Source: Mobula hypostoma | Taxonomy: Eukaryota | Direction: 5' to 3' | Length of the DNA: 64,000 nt | Assembly: GCF_963921235.1 (NCBI RefSeq) | Contig: NC_086108.1 | Span: 930,001-994,000, forward strand | Translations under genes and position numbers: made by a program | Part shown: piece by piece, positions 49,670 to 62,084 of the stretch | How positions within the stretch are numbered: position 1 is the stretch's first letter | Layout: every line of letters starts with the position of its first letter | Notes under the pieces: model-generated | Told to the model about the DNA's origin: nothing | The model's database searches: none | Seen by the model: only the letters and a program-made list of their open reading frames with translations

Positions 49670-52600
49670 GTTAGAAACATGGAAAACCTACAGCACAATA
49701 CAGGCCCTTCAGCCCACAAAGCTGTGCCGAACATGTCCTTACCATAGAAGTTACCTAGGGTTACCCAGAACTCTCTATTTTTCTGAGATCCATGTACCTA
49801 TCCAGGACTTAAAAGACCCTATCGTATCTGCCTCCACTACCGTTGCTGACAGTCCATTCCACGCACTCACCACTCTCTGCGTTTAAAAAAAACTTACTCC
49901 TCACATCTCCTCTGTACCTAGTTCCAAGCACCTTAACACTAAGCCCTCTCGTGCAAGCCATTCCAGCCCTGGGAAAAAGCCTCTGACTATCCACACGATC
50001 AATGCCTCTCACCATCTTATACACCTCTATCAGGTCACCTCTCATCCTCCGTCGCTCCAAGGAAAAGAGGCCGAGTTCACTCAACCTGTTCTCATAAGAC
50101 ATGCTCCCCAATCCAGGCAACACTCCTTGTAAATCTCCTCTGCATCCTTTCTATGGTTTCCACATCCTTCCTATAGTGAGGTGACCAGAACTGAGCACAG
50201 TACTCCAAGTGGGGTCTGACCAGGGTCCTATATAGCTGTAACATTACTTCTTGTCTCCTAAACTCAATCCCACGATTGATGAAGGCCAATGCACTGTATG
50301 CCTCCTTAACCACAGAGTCAACCTGCACAGCAGCTTTAATTGTCCTATGGACTCGGACCCCAAGATCCCTCTGATCCTCCCCACTGCCAAGAGTCTTACC
50401 ATTAATACCATATTCTGCCATCATATTTGACCTACCAAAATGAACCACCTCACACTTATCTGGGTTGAACTCCATCTGCCACTTCTCAGTCGAGTTTTGC
50501 ATCCTATCAATGACCCGCTGTAACCTCTGACAGCCCTCCACACTGTCCACAACACCCCCAACCTTTGTGTCATCAGCAAATTTACTAACCCATCCCTCCA
50601 CTTCCTCATCAAGGTCATGTATAAAAATCACGAAGAGCAGGGGTCCTGGAACAGATCCCAGAAACACACTACTGGTGACCGAACTCCATGCAGAATATGA
50701 CCCGTCTACAACCACCCTTTGCCTTCTGTGGGCAAGCCAGTTCTGGATCCACAAAGCAATGTCCCCTTGGATCCCATGCCTCCTTACTTTCTCAATAAGC
50801 CTTTCAGGGGTACCTTGTCAAATGCCTTGCTGAAATCCATATACACTACATCTACTGCTCTGCCTTCATCAATGTGTTTAGTCACATCCTCAAAAAATTC
50901 AATCAGGCTCGTAAGGCACGACCTGACTTTAACAAAGCCATGCTGACTATTCTTAATCATATTATGCCTCTCCAAATGTTCATAAGTCCTGCTTCTCAGG
51001 ATCTTGTCCATCAACTTACCAACCACTGAAGTAAGACTCACTGGTCTATAATTTCCTCGGCTATCTCTGCTCCCTTTCTTGAATAATGGAACAACATCCG
51101 TAACCCTCCAATCCTCCAGAACCTCTCCTGTCCCCATTGATGATGCGAAGATCATTGCCAGAGGCTCAGCAATCTCCTCCCTTGCTTCCCACAGTAGCCT
51201 GGAGTACATCCCGTCTGGTCCCAGTGACTTATTCAACTTGTTTTCCAAAAGCTCCATCACATCCTCTTTCTTAATATCTACATGCTCAAGCTTTTCAGTC
51301 CACTGTAAGTCATTCCTACAATTACCAAGATCCTTTTCTGTAGTGAATACTGAAGCAAAGTACTCATTAAGAACCTCTGTTATCTCCTCTGGTTCCATAC
51401 ACACTTTTCCACTGTCACACTTGATTAGTCCTATTCTCTCACGTCTTACCCTCTTGCTCTTCACATACTTGTAGAATGCCTTGGGGTTTTCCTTAATCCT
51501 GTCTGCCAAGGTGTTCTCATGGCCCCTTCTGGCTCTCCTAATTTCTTTCTTAAGCTCCTTCCTGCTAACGTTATAATCTTCTAGATCTCTATCATTACCT
51601 AGTTATTTGTACCTTTCATAAGCTCTTCTTTTCTTCTTGACTAGATTTACAACAGCCTTTGTACATCACGGTTCCTGTACCTTACCATCCTCTCCTTGTC
51701 TCTTTGGAATGTATCTACACAGAACCCCACACAAATATCCCCTGAATATTTGCCACATTTCTTCTGTATATTTCCCTGAAAACATCTGTTCCCAATTTGT
51801 GCTTCCAAGTTCATGCCTGATAGCCTTATATTTTCCCTAATAGAACATAGAACAGTACAGCACAGTACAGGCCCTTCGGCCCACAATGTTATGCCGACCC
51901 TCAAACCCTGCCTCCCTTATAACCCCCCACCTTAAATTCCTCCATATACCTGTCTAGTAGTCTCTTAAATTTCACTAGTGTACCTGCCTCCACCACTGAC
52001 TCAGGCAGTGCATTCCACGCACCAACCACTGAGTGAAAAACCTTCCTCTGATATCCCCCTTGAACTTCCCACCCCTTACCTTAAAGCCATGTCCTCTTGT
52101 ATTGAGCAGTGGTGCCCTGGGGAAGAGGCACTGGCTATCCACTCTTGTCTACTCCTCTTAATATCTTGTATACCTCTATCATGTCTCCTCTCAACCTCCT
52201 TCTCTCCAAAGAATAAAGCCCTAGCTTCCTTAATCTCTGATCATAATGCATACTCTCTAAACCAGGCAGCATCCTGGTAAATTTTCCTCTGTACCCTTTC
52301 CAATGCTTCCACATCCTTCCTATAGTGAGGCGACCAGAACTGGACACAGTACTACAAGAGTGGCCTAACCAGAGTTTTATAGAGCTGCATCATTACATCA
52401 CGACTCTAAAACTCTATTCTTCGACTTATGAAAGCGAATACCCCCGATAAGCTTTCTTAACTACCCTATCCACCTGTGAGGCAACTTTCAGGGATCTGTG
52501 GACATTTACCCCCAGATCCCTCTGCTCCTCCACACTACCAAGTATCCTGCCATTTACTTTGTACTATGCCTTGGAGTTTGTCCTTTCAAAGTGTACCACC

Positions 52601-53890
52601 TCACACTTTGAGTTGAACTCCATCTGCCACTTCTCAGCCCACTTCTGCATCCTATGAATTTCTCTCTGTAATCTTCGACAATCCTCTACACTATCTACAA
52701 CACCACCAACCTTTGTGTCGTCTGCAAACTTGCCAACCCACCCTTCTACCCCCACATCCAGGTCCTTAATAAAAATCACGAAAAGTAGAGATCCCAGAAC
52801 CAATCCTTGTGGGACACCACTAGTCAAAATCCTCCAATCCGAATGTACTCCCTCCACCACGACCCTCTGCCTTCTGCAGGCAAGCCAACTCTGAATCCAC
52901 CTGGCCAAACTTCCCTGGATCCCCTACCTTCTGACTTTCTGAATAAGCCTACCATGTGGAACCTTGTCAGATGCCTTACTAAAATCCATATAAATCACAT
53001 CCACTGCACTACCCTCATCTATATGCCTGGTCACCTCCTTAAAGAGCTCTATTAGGCTTGTTAGACATGATCTGCCCTTCACAAAGCCATGCTGACTGTC
53101 CCTGATCAGACCATGATTCTCTAAATGCCCATAGATCCTATCTCTAAGAATCTTTTCCAACAGCTTTTCCACCACACGTAAGGCTCACTGGTCTATGACT
53201 ACCCAGACTATCCCTACTACCTGTTTTAAACAAGGGGACAACATTCGCCTCCCTCCCATCCTCCGGTACCATTCCCGTGGACAATGAGGACATAAAGATC
53301 ATAGCCAGAGGCTTTGCAATCTCTTCCCTCGCCTCGTGGAGCAGCCTGGGGAATATTCCGTCAGGCCCTGGGGACTTATCCGTCCTAATGTATTTTAACA
53401 ACTCCTCACCTCCTCCTCTCCCTTACTCCAATTAAATGCATTCCTTACTTGTCGATTCCTATCCCTCTCCAATGCTATGGTAAAGGAGATAGAACTGTGA
53501 TCACTATCTCCAAAATGCTCTCCCACTGAGAGATCTGACACCTGACCAGGTTCATTTCCTAATACCAGATCAAGTACAGCCTCTCCTCTTGTAGGCTTAT
53601 CTACATATTGTGTCAAGAAACTTTCCTGAATACACCTAACAAACTCCACCCCATCTCAACACCTCACTCTAGGGACATGGTAATCAATATTTGGGAAATT
53701 AAAATCTCCCACCACGACAACCCTGTTATTATTACACCTTTCCAGAATCTGTCTCCCTATCTGCTCCTCGATGCCCCTGATACTCTTGGGTGGTCTATAA
53801 AAAAAACACCCAGTAGAGTTATTGACCCCTTCCTGTTCCTAACTTCCACCCACAGAGACTCCATAGACAATCGCTCCATGTCTTCCCTCC
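49670..53890 (-). mobile_element. CR1 ORF2 (49670-51838 and about 53418-53890) with a second CR1 nested at about 51839-53410
   Basis: Two sets of RT motifs (FADDTK at about 50570 and 52720) and two 3' tails; the host APE resumes at 53418. Confidence 0.9.
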
Positions 53891-54094
53891 ATGTTTTATA
53901 CCTTCTGAACACAAAGACACTTAATCAGTTTTACTGGCTATAATGACCTACTTTACCATTTTGAATGTGGACAGGTAACTTGCACAATTACATATTTTAT
54001 AATGGTTGCACATCCCAACTAGCAGGACCCCTTTGAATGTTCAAATACTGGCAGCACACACAAAATGTTGGAGGAATTCAGCAGGTCAGGCGTC

Positions 54095-54880
54095 ATTCCT
54101 GGCCTCAGTTTGATATGGTACTCTTCCTTCAGTGCCCCCAGGTCTGGGAACAACTCCCAGTTACTTCTCCTGCCACTGAATATTGTTTAGCGAATCCAGC
54201 CTTGCAATGAGATTCAGCTTCTTGAGGGCATGTCGTCCCAGTCGTGGTGAGAAGAGATTCTGAACAAAATAGACATCCTTTTTTAACTGTTTCTCATTTT
54301 TTATGGATGGAAGTCGTAATCATTTCTTTCACACTGAGCTTCTGTCTCCCTAGTCTGATGAGCACTTTTTTTTGTTGGGTTTTGTGTAATGCCTGTTTCC
54401 TTTGCCAGTTTTTCAAACAGACGTTTGGGATATCTGTGACATCTACCCCAGTGTCCACTTTGAACACCACTGCCTCATTTTTCAACTGAACTGTAGTACA
54501 CCAGACGGATTGAATCTAGAGCCCCAAGGAAATCTCTCTATTTGTCAAAAATCACAGCTTTTGACGTCCTGACTTTTAGAATGGGCAACTCTATTGCATT
54601 GGTGGCACGTCAGTTGTTTTGCTGGACAGAACTCTTTGACGTGGACGCAACATCACCTGAAGTTGGACACTTTACTTGCTCTTTGTTCCGCTCATCTGTT
54701 TTGTTCCCTCTTTCTGACTGTACCTTGTTTCCTCTCATATATCACATTTTGCTTTTCTGTGAAATATTCTTTGACTTCGTCCTGCAAAGTTTTGTGCTCC
54801 TTTTTCTGAGCAGATGTCAGTCCTAATCCATCCCTGATGTCATCTGCTTTGTTGTCCATGCAGTATATCAGTCTGCTTAT
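54095..54880 (-). mobile_element. Decayed Gypsy-type gag-protease fragment
   Basis: LIYCMDNKADDI...NVIYER gag motif and FKVDTG aspartic protease motif, followed by GRHALKKLNLI. Confidence 0.75.
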
Positions 54881-57114
54881 CAACCTCTGCCTTAAATATA
54901 CCTAATGATTTGATCTCCACTGTTGCTTGTGGCAACAAATTCCACAGATTCGCCACCCTCCGGCAAAAGAAATTCCTTCCTCATCTCTGTTCTAAATAGA
55001 TGTCCTTCTGTTCTGAAGCTATGTCCTTTGGTCTTAGACTCCTCTGCCATAGGATGCATACTCTCCACATCCACTCTATCGAGGCCTTTCAACATTTAAT
55101 AGTTTTCAATGAGATCACCCCTTTATTCTTCTGTGTTCCAGTGAGTATAGTCATCAAATGCTCCTTGTATGAAAAGCCTTTCAAACCCGGAATCATTTTC
55201 GTGAACCTCCCTTGAACCCTCTCCAATGTCAGCACATTCTTTCTTAGATAAAGGGCCCAAAACTGCTCACAATAATCCAAATGCTCCTCACCAGTGCTTT
55301 ATAAAGCCGCATTAACCTTGCACTTCATAAGGAGGAGTTGAGTGTCTGTGTTTGTGTGTGCATGCGAGCATGTGTGTGTGTAAAAGAGAGAAGCAAGATG
55401 CATAAAAATTGAGAGAGACTTGATGAGGATACTGAAGGCAGAAGGAAGGGTTGGTTCATCAAACAGACTGGCAGGAAGCTTGGTGGGATGAGAGGGTATT
55501 GTAGAGGATGGGCCAGGGGTCACTGAAAATGAGGGTGAGAGGACAAGGAAGTGGAAGTTATGGGTCAAGGTTAAAGTCACCACTGGTGAACAGTGGAGGG
55601 TAACGCTTTACCGTAACAGCGACCCAGGTTCAGTTTGTGCTGCTGCCTGTCAGGAGTTTGTACATTCTCCCCGTGACCACGTGGGTTTCCTCCGGGTGCT
55701 CGGGTTTCTTCCCATGATCCAAAGATGCATCGGTTGGTATTTAATTGGTCATTGTAAATTGTCCCGTGATTAGGCTAGGGTTAAATTGAGGGATTGCTGG
55801 GTGCACAACTGGAAGGGGCAGAATGGCCTGTTCCATGCTGTATCTCAATAAATAAATAAGGCATAGGAGTGGATTATGATGTGGTCTGCTGCTGTAGCCC
55901 ATCCACTGCAAGGTTCAACATGTTGTGCATTCAGAGATGCTCTTCTGCGCACCACTGTTGTAATATGAGGTTTTTGAGATACTGTTGCCTTCCTGTAGAC
56001 TTGAACTAGTCTGGCCATTCTCCTCTGACCGCTCTCATTTAAAAACAAGTGTTTCACCCACAGAACTGTCTCTCTGGATGATTTTTGTTTGTACTCAAGA
56101 GACTGAAATCCCAGGAGATCAGCAGTTTCTGAGATACCCCCCCGCCCCCCCCCCCCCGCAATCTGGCACCAATAGTCGTTCCATAGTCAACGTCACTCAG
56201 ATCACATTTCTTCCCCGTTCTGATGTTTGGTCTGAACAACAACTGAACCTCTTGATCGTGTTAGCATTCTATTATGCACTGAATTGCTGCCACATGATTG
56301 ACTGTTAGGCATTTGTATAAACAAGCATGTGTTCAGGTGTACCTAATAAAGTGGCCACTGAGCATGAAAGGAAGTCAGTTTGGCCCAGCAAATCTGTGTC
56401 GTATCACAGAGCATTAGTTTTCCCTGTAATCCCCTTTCTCCCACATTCCTTTCTAGTTTAAGTTTAATGTCATAGGCATAGTAAAACCCAGGGTATAAAT
56501 GCCAAGAAAGTCAGCTTTTTCCAGCAGTGGTTCAGTACAGTACAAATATGTTAACATAAAGTTCATTAACATAAATTGTACCTAACTTACATGGCCAAAA
56601 TAAACATAACATCAGTGCAAGTTGAGAGAAAGGAAAGGAAATGTAGTCTGCGGTAGTGTTAGGGTTGTTCAGGTCAGTGGTTGATGTCAGAGCCCTGTTG
56701 CTGAACCCTGAGCTGTGGGTCTTCTGGCTCTGTACCTGCTGTCTAATGGCAGCGTTGCGAAGAGGGCACAAATGGTGGGGGTCCCTTATGGACGTTGGAT
56801 GTTGTCCATAACCCACATCCTTTGATACTCCACATTGAGGGCATGGGGCAATTTACAGTGGCCATTTAACGCACTGACCTGCAGGTTGATTGGATGTAGG
56901 GGGGAATCTGTGTGGTCACAGGCAGAACGTTTACTCTGAACACAGACGGTGTCCGATGTCAGTATTGGACGCCTGAATGTGACTTTGGCAGCAAGGTAAA
57001 GGAGAAGGGCGAGCAGTATGCATGGAGGGGAAGTGCAGTTGCTTCATTGGGTGAGGGAAGTCCCTGTTACCTATCGACAACATGCAGTCACAGTTTTTCT
57101 GTTCTTCCTTTCAG

Positions 57115-57161
57115 GAACGGGAGGACGAGCTGCGAGCAATGGCTCGGAAAATTCGCCTGAA
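57115..57161 (+). CDS. CLASRP: CLASRP exon, EREDELRAMARKIRL(K)
   Basis: Acceptor ttcctttcag|, donor aa|gtaatt; 47 nt, phase 0 to 2. Confidence 0.96.
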
Positions 57162-57169
57162 GTAATTCT

Positions 57170-57490
57170 CTTCTCCCTCTCCACCCTCGGTCCCCCACTC
57201 CCCCCTCTCCCCCGGTCCCCCTCTCCCCCCTCGGTCCCCCTCTCCCCCTCTCTCCCGGTCCCCCTCTCCCCCTCTCCACCCCGTCGGTCCCCCTCTCCAC
57301 CCCCTCTCCCCCCTCGGTCCCCTTCTCCACCCCCTCTCCCCCTCTCCCCCCTCGGTCCCCCTCTCCCCCTCTCCACCCTCGGTCCCCCTCTCCACCCCCT
57401 CGGTCCCCCTCTCCACCCCCTCGGTCCCCCTCTCCACCCCCTCTCCCCCCTCAGTCCCCCTCTCCCCTCGCTCCCCCTCTCCCCCTCCTG
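57170..57490. repeat. C-rich minisatellite (ccctctccaccccctcggtcc-like units)
   Basis: About 320 bp, almost all pyrimidine on +, starting about 10 nt after the donor at 57162. Confidence 0.93.
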
Positions 57491-58929
57491 CCTGCCTGCC
57501 CTGGCAAACCGCTGCAAAGCTGCTGCTGATAAGAAAGCCAGTTTCACTGTGGGTGACCTGGGGAGAGTGGGGTGGGTTTGCATGGTTCGTAAACCTGCAG
57601 TGGGGAGTGACATTAATTTATACTTTAATTTATGCGTCCTCATGTCTCTGAGCCTCGTGGAGAATTTTCTAACCTACTGAGGCTTGGTGGGTTAATCTGA
57701 TGAAGCAAGTCACCCCCACCCACCACCACCTCACCAGGGCACTGTCCTTTTCTCGGGTCTAACCCCAGCCCGTGATCTCTCGGCAAGCTGTCAGACAGCA
57801 AGTCCATCCCCCTCAGCATTGCCACAAGTCCCACTGTTCACTGGCAATCTGTGATTTCCCTTTATCCGAGTGCGGTGCAGACTGTTTCAGAAGGCTGTTC
57901 TGGATCTGTAGGTCTGATTCTATCCCCTATGTAAACATAAGTGAACCACACTTCTTTCGTGGCAGTCTTGTGCCTTCACAGCCTTGCTGGAGCCTGCATT
58001 TAATTCCAGGTTTATTAATTACTTGGATTCAATTCCCCGGCTCTGTTGATGGGAATTAGACCCGAGCCTGTAGACACCTGCACGCCAGCCCTGCAGATTA
58101 ACCTTTCTGCAACTCTGTGCCACATTATTCCCAGTGACATCCGCAGCCAGTGCCTGTGTGGTTTAACTATGGACCTTCCTGGACTAGGAGCCACAGCAGA
58201 TTACTGCATGGCTTGCTGCTGGTGCATCTTTATCTTTTGTACAGTAAAGATTAGTGCAGAATAACAGGTGAAGTATTCAAGGTTATTCAGCACACTTTCC
58301 AGCTCTCGGGGACAAGAGGATTGCCTGTTGTTTAAGTTGCTGACTTCCCCACAGGATGCCTCCTGACCCTCGTAGAACTTGTTAGTTCCTCAGAGTCTGG
58401 TATGTTATATTCCCGGAAGAATCAGTTTGTGCCATCATCTGTAACAACTTAAAAATAATAAGACCATAAAGAGTAGGCCATTTGGCTCATCGAGTCTGCT
58501 TTGCCATTCCAATATGGTTGGTTTATTTTCCCTCTCTACCCCATTTTCTTTCCTTCTCCCCGTAGCCTTGAAGCCCTGACTAATCAAGAACCTGTCAACC
58601 TCTGCTTTAAGTATACCCAATGGCTTTAGCTTCTGAATCCAGAAGTCATTTGTGATCCATGATATCTTTTTGGTTGGCACAACACTCTCCAGTGCACCTG
58701 CTGAAAGGTCGGGCTCAGTTCCCGAATGCCTGTAAGGAGTTTCTACATCCTCCCCGTGATCACGTGGATTTCTTCCGGACACTCTGGTTTCCTCCCACAT
58801 TCCAAAGATTAGAGTTAGTAAAATTTGGGCGTGTTACATTGGCACTAGGGGCATGGCGACACTTGCAGCTGCAAGGGACACATTTCACTCTGTTTCCATG
58901 TATATTGAAAGTTGTGCAAGATGTTAGCG

Positions 58930-60340
58930 AGGCCTAATTCAGAGTACTGTACAGGAAAACATAAATAAGTTTGAACGAGCACGGAGAAAGTTTTCAAGGA
59001 CGTTGCTGGGTCTGGAGGACCTGAGTTATAAGGAAAGATTGAATAGGTTAGGAGTTTATTCTTTAGAATGTAGAAGATTGAGAGGAGATTTTGTAGAGGA
59101 CTATAGATAGGGTAAATAGAAACAAAGAAAACCTACAGCACAATACAGGCCCTTTGGCCCACAAAACTGTGCCGAACGTGTCCCTACCTTAGAAATTACT
59201 AGGCTTACCCATAGCCCTCTATTTTTTTTCTAAGCTCCATGTACCTATCCAAAAGTCTCTTAAAAGACCCTGTTATATCTGCCTCCACCACCGTTGCCGG
59301 CAGCCCATTCCACGCACTCACCACTTTGAGTAAAAAACTTACCCCTGACATCTCCTCTGTACCTACTCCCCAGCACCTTAAACCTGTATCCTCTTGTGGC
59401 AACCATTTCAGCCCTGGGAAAAAGCCTCTGACTATCCACATGATCAATGCCTCTCATCTTATACGCCTCTATCAGGTCACCTCTCATCTGCCATCACCCC
59501 AAGGAGAAAAGGCCGAGTTCACTCAACCTGTTTTCATAAGGCATGCTCCCCAATCCAGGCAACATCCTTGTAAATCTCCTCTGCACCCTTTCTATGGTTT
59601 CCACATCCTTCCTCTAGTGAGGTGACCAGAACTGAGCACAGTACTCCAAGTGGGGTCTGACCAGGGTCCTATATAGCTGTAACATTACTTCTCGGCACTT
59701 AAACTCAATCCCATGGTTGATGAAAGCCAATGCACCGTATGCCTTCTTAACCACAGAGTCAACCTGTGCAGCAGCTTTTAGTGCCCTATGGACTTGGACC
59801 CCAAGATCCCTCTGATCCTCCACACTGCCAAGAGTCTTGGCATTAGTACTATATTCTGCCATCATATTTGACCTACCAAAATGAACCATTTCACACTTAT
59901 CTGGTTGAACTCCATCTGCCACTTCTCAACCCAGTTTTGCATCCTATCAATGTCCCACTGTAACCTCTGATAGCCCTCCACACTATCCATAACACACCCA
60001 ACCTTTGTGTCATCAGCAAATTTACTAACCCATCCCTCCACTTCGTCATCCAAGCAGGCTTTTTCCATTGAGGTCAGGTGGGGCTACAGCTAGAGGTTAT
60101 TGGTTAAGGGTGAAATGAGAAAAGTTCAAGGGGGAAATTTCTTCACTGTGGGGGTCGTGAGATTGTGGAATGAGCTGCCAGCACAAGTGGTGCATATGAG
60201 CTTGATTTCAATGTTTAAGAGAAGCTTGGATGGGTACGTGGATGTAGGGCTATGGTTCGGTGCAGGTTGATGGGAGTAGGCAGTTTAAATGGTTTAGCAC
60301 AGACTAGATGGGCTGAAGGGCCTGTTTCTGTGACTCTATG
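58930..60340. mobile_element. Plus-strand CR1 3' part interrupted by a minus-strand CR1 (about 59117-60050)
   Basis: Host reads atagatagggtaaa...caagcaggcttttt across the insert. The insert closely matches 49670-50610. Confidence 0.85.
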
Positions 60341-61399
60341 TGTGACAAATAAAGCTAGTCTTCTTTAACAGTTACTGGCCAGGAGCTAAGATTTTAGCAG
60401 GCTGATACCACTGCTGGCTCCCAGTTAACGGAGGGTGATAAGTCCTGTTCTTGAGGGCTGTGCTGTGATCCTTTAGTATGCCCAGTGCCGTAGAGGTCAA
60501 ACTAAGAGTGGTCCACTGGTCCTCCAGGTTCAGGGATTCAGCTTAGGGCTAAAACCCTAAATTGTTCTGGAAACTGCAATGAAGATTCCTTCTATCCAGA
60601 CAGAGATGGAGGACCTTCACAGCTGCTCTATATGTCAACAGCGTAACGGGCTGTAAGTAAGTCCATGTTGAAAATGTCAGTAACAACGTGACAATCATCA
60701 GTGTTTGCGGACACACAACCCAGTGTCGAGCAGGGTAGGACATGTAGATGAAAGGAGAGTAGTTTTGAGTAGAGGAGCAGTGAGCACAGCCCTACTACAG
60801 TGCCAGTGACCCAGGCTCCATTTGATGGCTTTGTACGTTCCTCCCTGTGACCTTGTGGCATTCCTTTGGGTGCTCTGAACGGGTTAGGGTTAGTAAGTTG
60901 TCCACGAGCCATGTTGGCACTGGGTTTGTAATTGATCAATTGGTTACGTGTGTGATGTGGGCTCATTGGAGCAGAATGGCCTGTCACCACGTTATATCTC
61001 GTAATAAAGATAAAGATAAAGATGAGCTTTATTTGTCACAGGTACATTGAGGCATAAAGTGAAATGTGTCACTTTGTGTCCGAGTGTTGTGTAGGGCATC
61101 CTATAAGTGCCGGCATGTTTCCGGCACCAACGTAGCATGCCTGTGACTCATCAACCCTAACCGGTGCATCTTTGAAATGTACAGGAAGCCAGAATACCCG
61201 GGGGAAAACCACTTAGACACGGGGAGAACGTACAAACTCCTTACGGACAGCAGCAGGATTTCAGCCCCAAACACTGGTGCTGTAAAGCGCTACGCTAACC
61301 AATATTAAAAGGAAGCTCCCCTGAAGCCATCTGTGTGCACAGCTGCCAGGTGAAGGGTGAGTCCGAATGATGCATGTTGTGCTTTGTTCCTTTCCTTAG

Positions 61400-61482
61400 G
61401 GAGAGGGAACGCAGAGACAAGGAGCGAGATGAGTGGGAGAAGGAGTACCCGAGGAGAAGTCGCTCTTCCTCGCCGAGATACG
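61400..61482 (+). CDS. CLASRP: CLASRP penultimate coding exon, ERERRDKERDEWEKEYPRRSRSSSPRY
   Basis: Acceptor tttccttag|, donor g|gtgcgt; 83 nt, phase 2 to 1. No terminal exon seen in the window. Confidence 0.93.
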
Positions 61483-62008
61483 GTGCGTGTCAACTGTGCA
61501 GAGGGTTGTGGTGGTGGGAGGGGAAATGAGTGCTGGCCCTGGCTGCTGCAGGACTTCTGAGCATTGGCTCTCAGCATGTGTCACTCTGGGGGAGCTGGGC
61601 AGACACAAGTGAATGAACTACAGAACGTTAGCTCCGGGCTCACTTGGAGCTGAGCACACAGGCCAAGACCATAAGACATAAAGTAGAAGCAGAATTAGGG
61701 CATACAACCCACTCCACCATTCAATCAAGCTGATTTATTTTCCCTCTTAACCACACGCTCCTGCTTCTCCCCGTAACCTTTAATGCCCTTACTAATAAAA
61801 ACTTAACAATCTCTGCTTTAAATATACCCAATACCTTGGCCTCTACAGCCGCCTGTGACAGTGGATTCCAGGTTCTTGACCCCCTGGCTAAAGAAATTCC
61901 TCCTCATCTCTTTTCTAAAAGGATGTCTCTTTATTCTGAATCTGTGCCCTCTGGTCCCAGACTCTCCCTCTATTGGATACATCCTCTCCATGTCCACCCT
62001 ATCTAGGC

Positions 62009-62084
62009 CAGGGGTTCCCAACCTGGGATACCCGGACCACTTGGTTAGTGGCAGGGTTAGCATTAAGAAGGTTGGGAAGCCCTG
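62009..62084. mobile_element. 76-bp hAT (Charlie-like) MITE with 8-bp TSD
   Basis: TIR caggggttcccaacct / aggttgggaagccctg; TSD atctaggc at 62001-62008 and 62085-62092. Relatives at about 25236-25315, 28771-28833, 33239-33317. Confidence 0.85.

Noticed and set aside
57018..57680. Pro-rich 220-aa ORF and Gly/Arg-rich antisense ORFs
   Set aside because: Products of the stop-free C-rich minisatellite; the true exon uses another frame.
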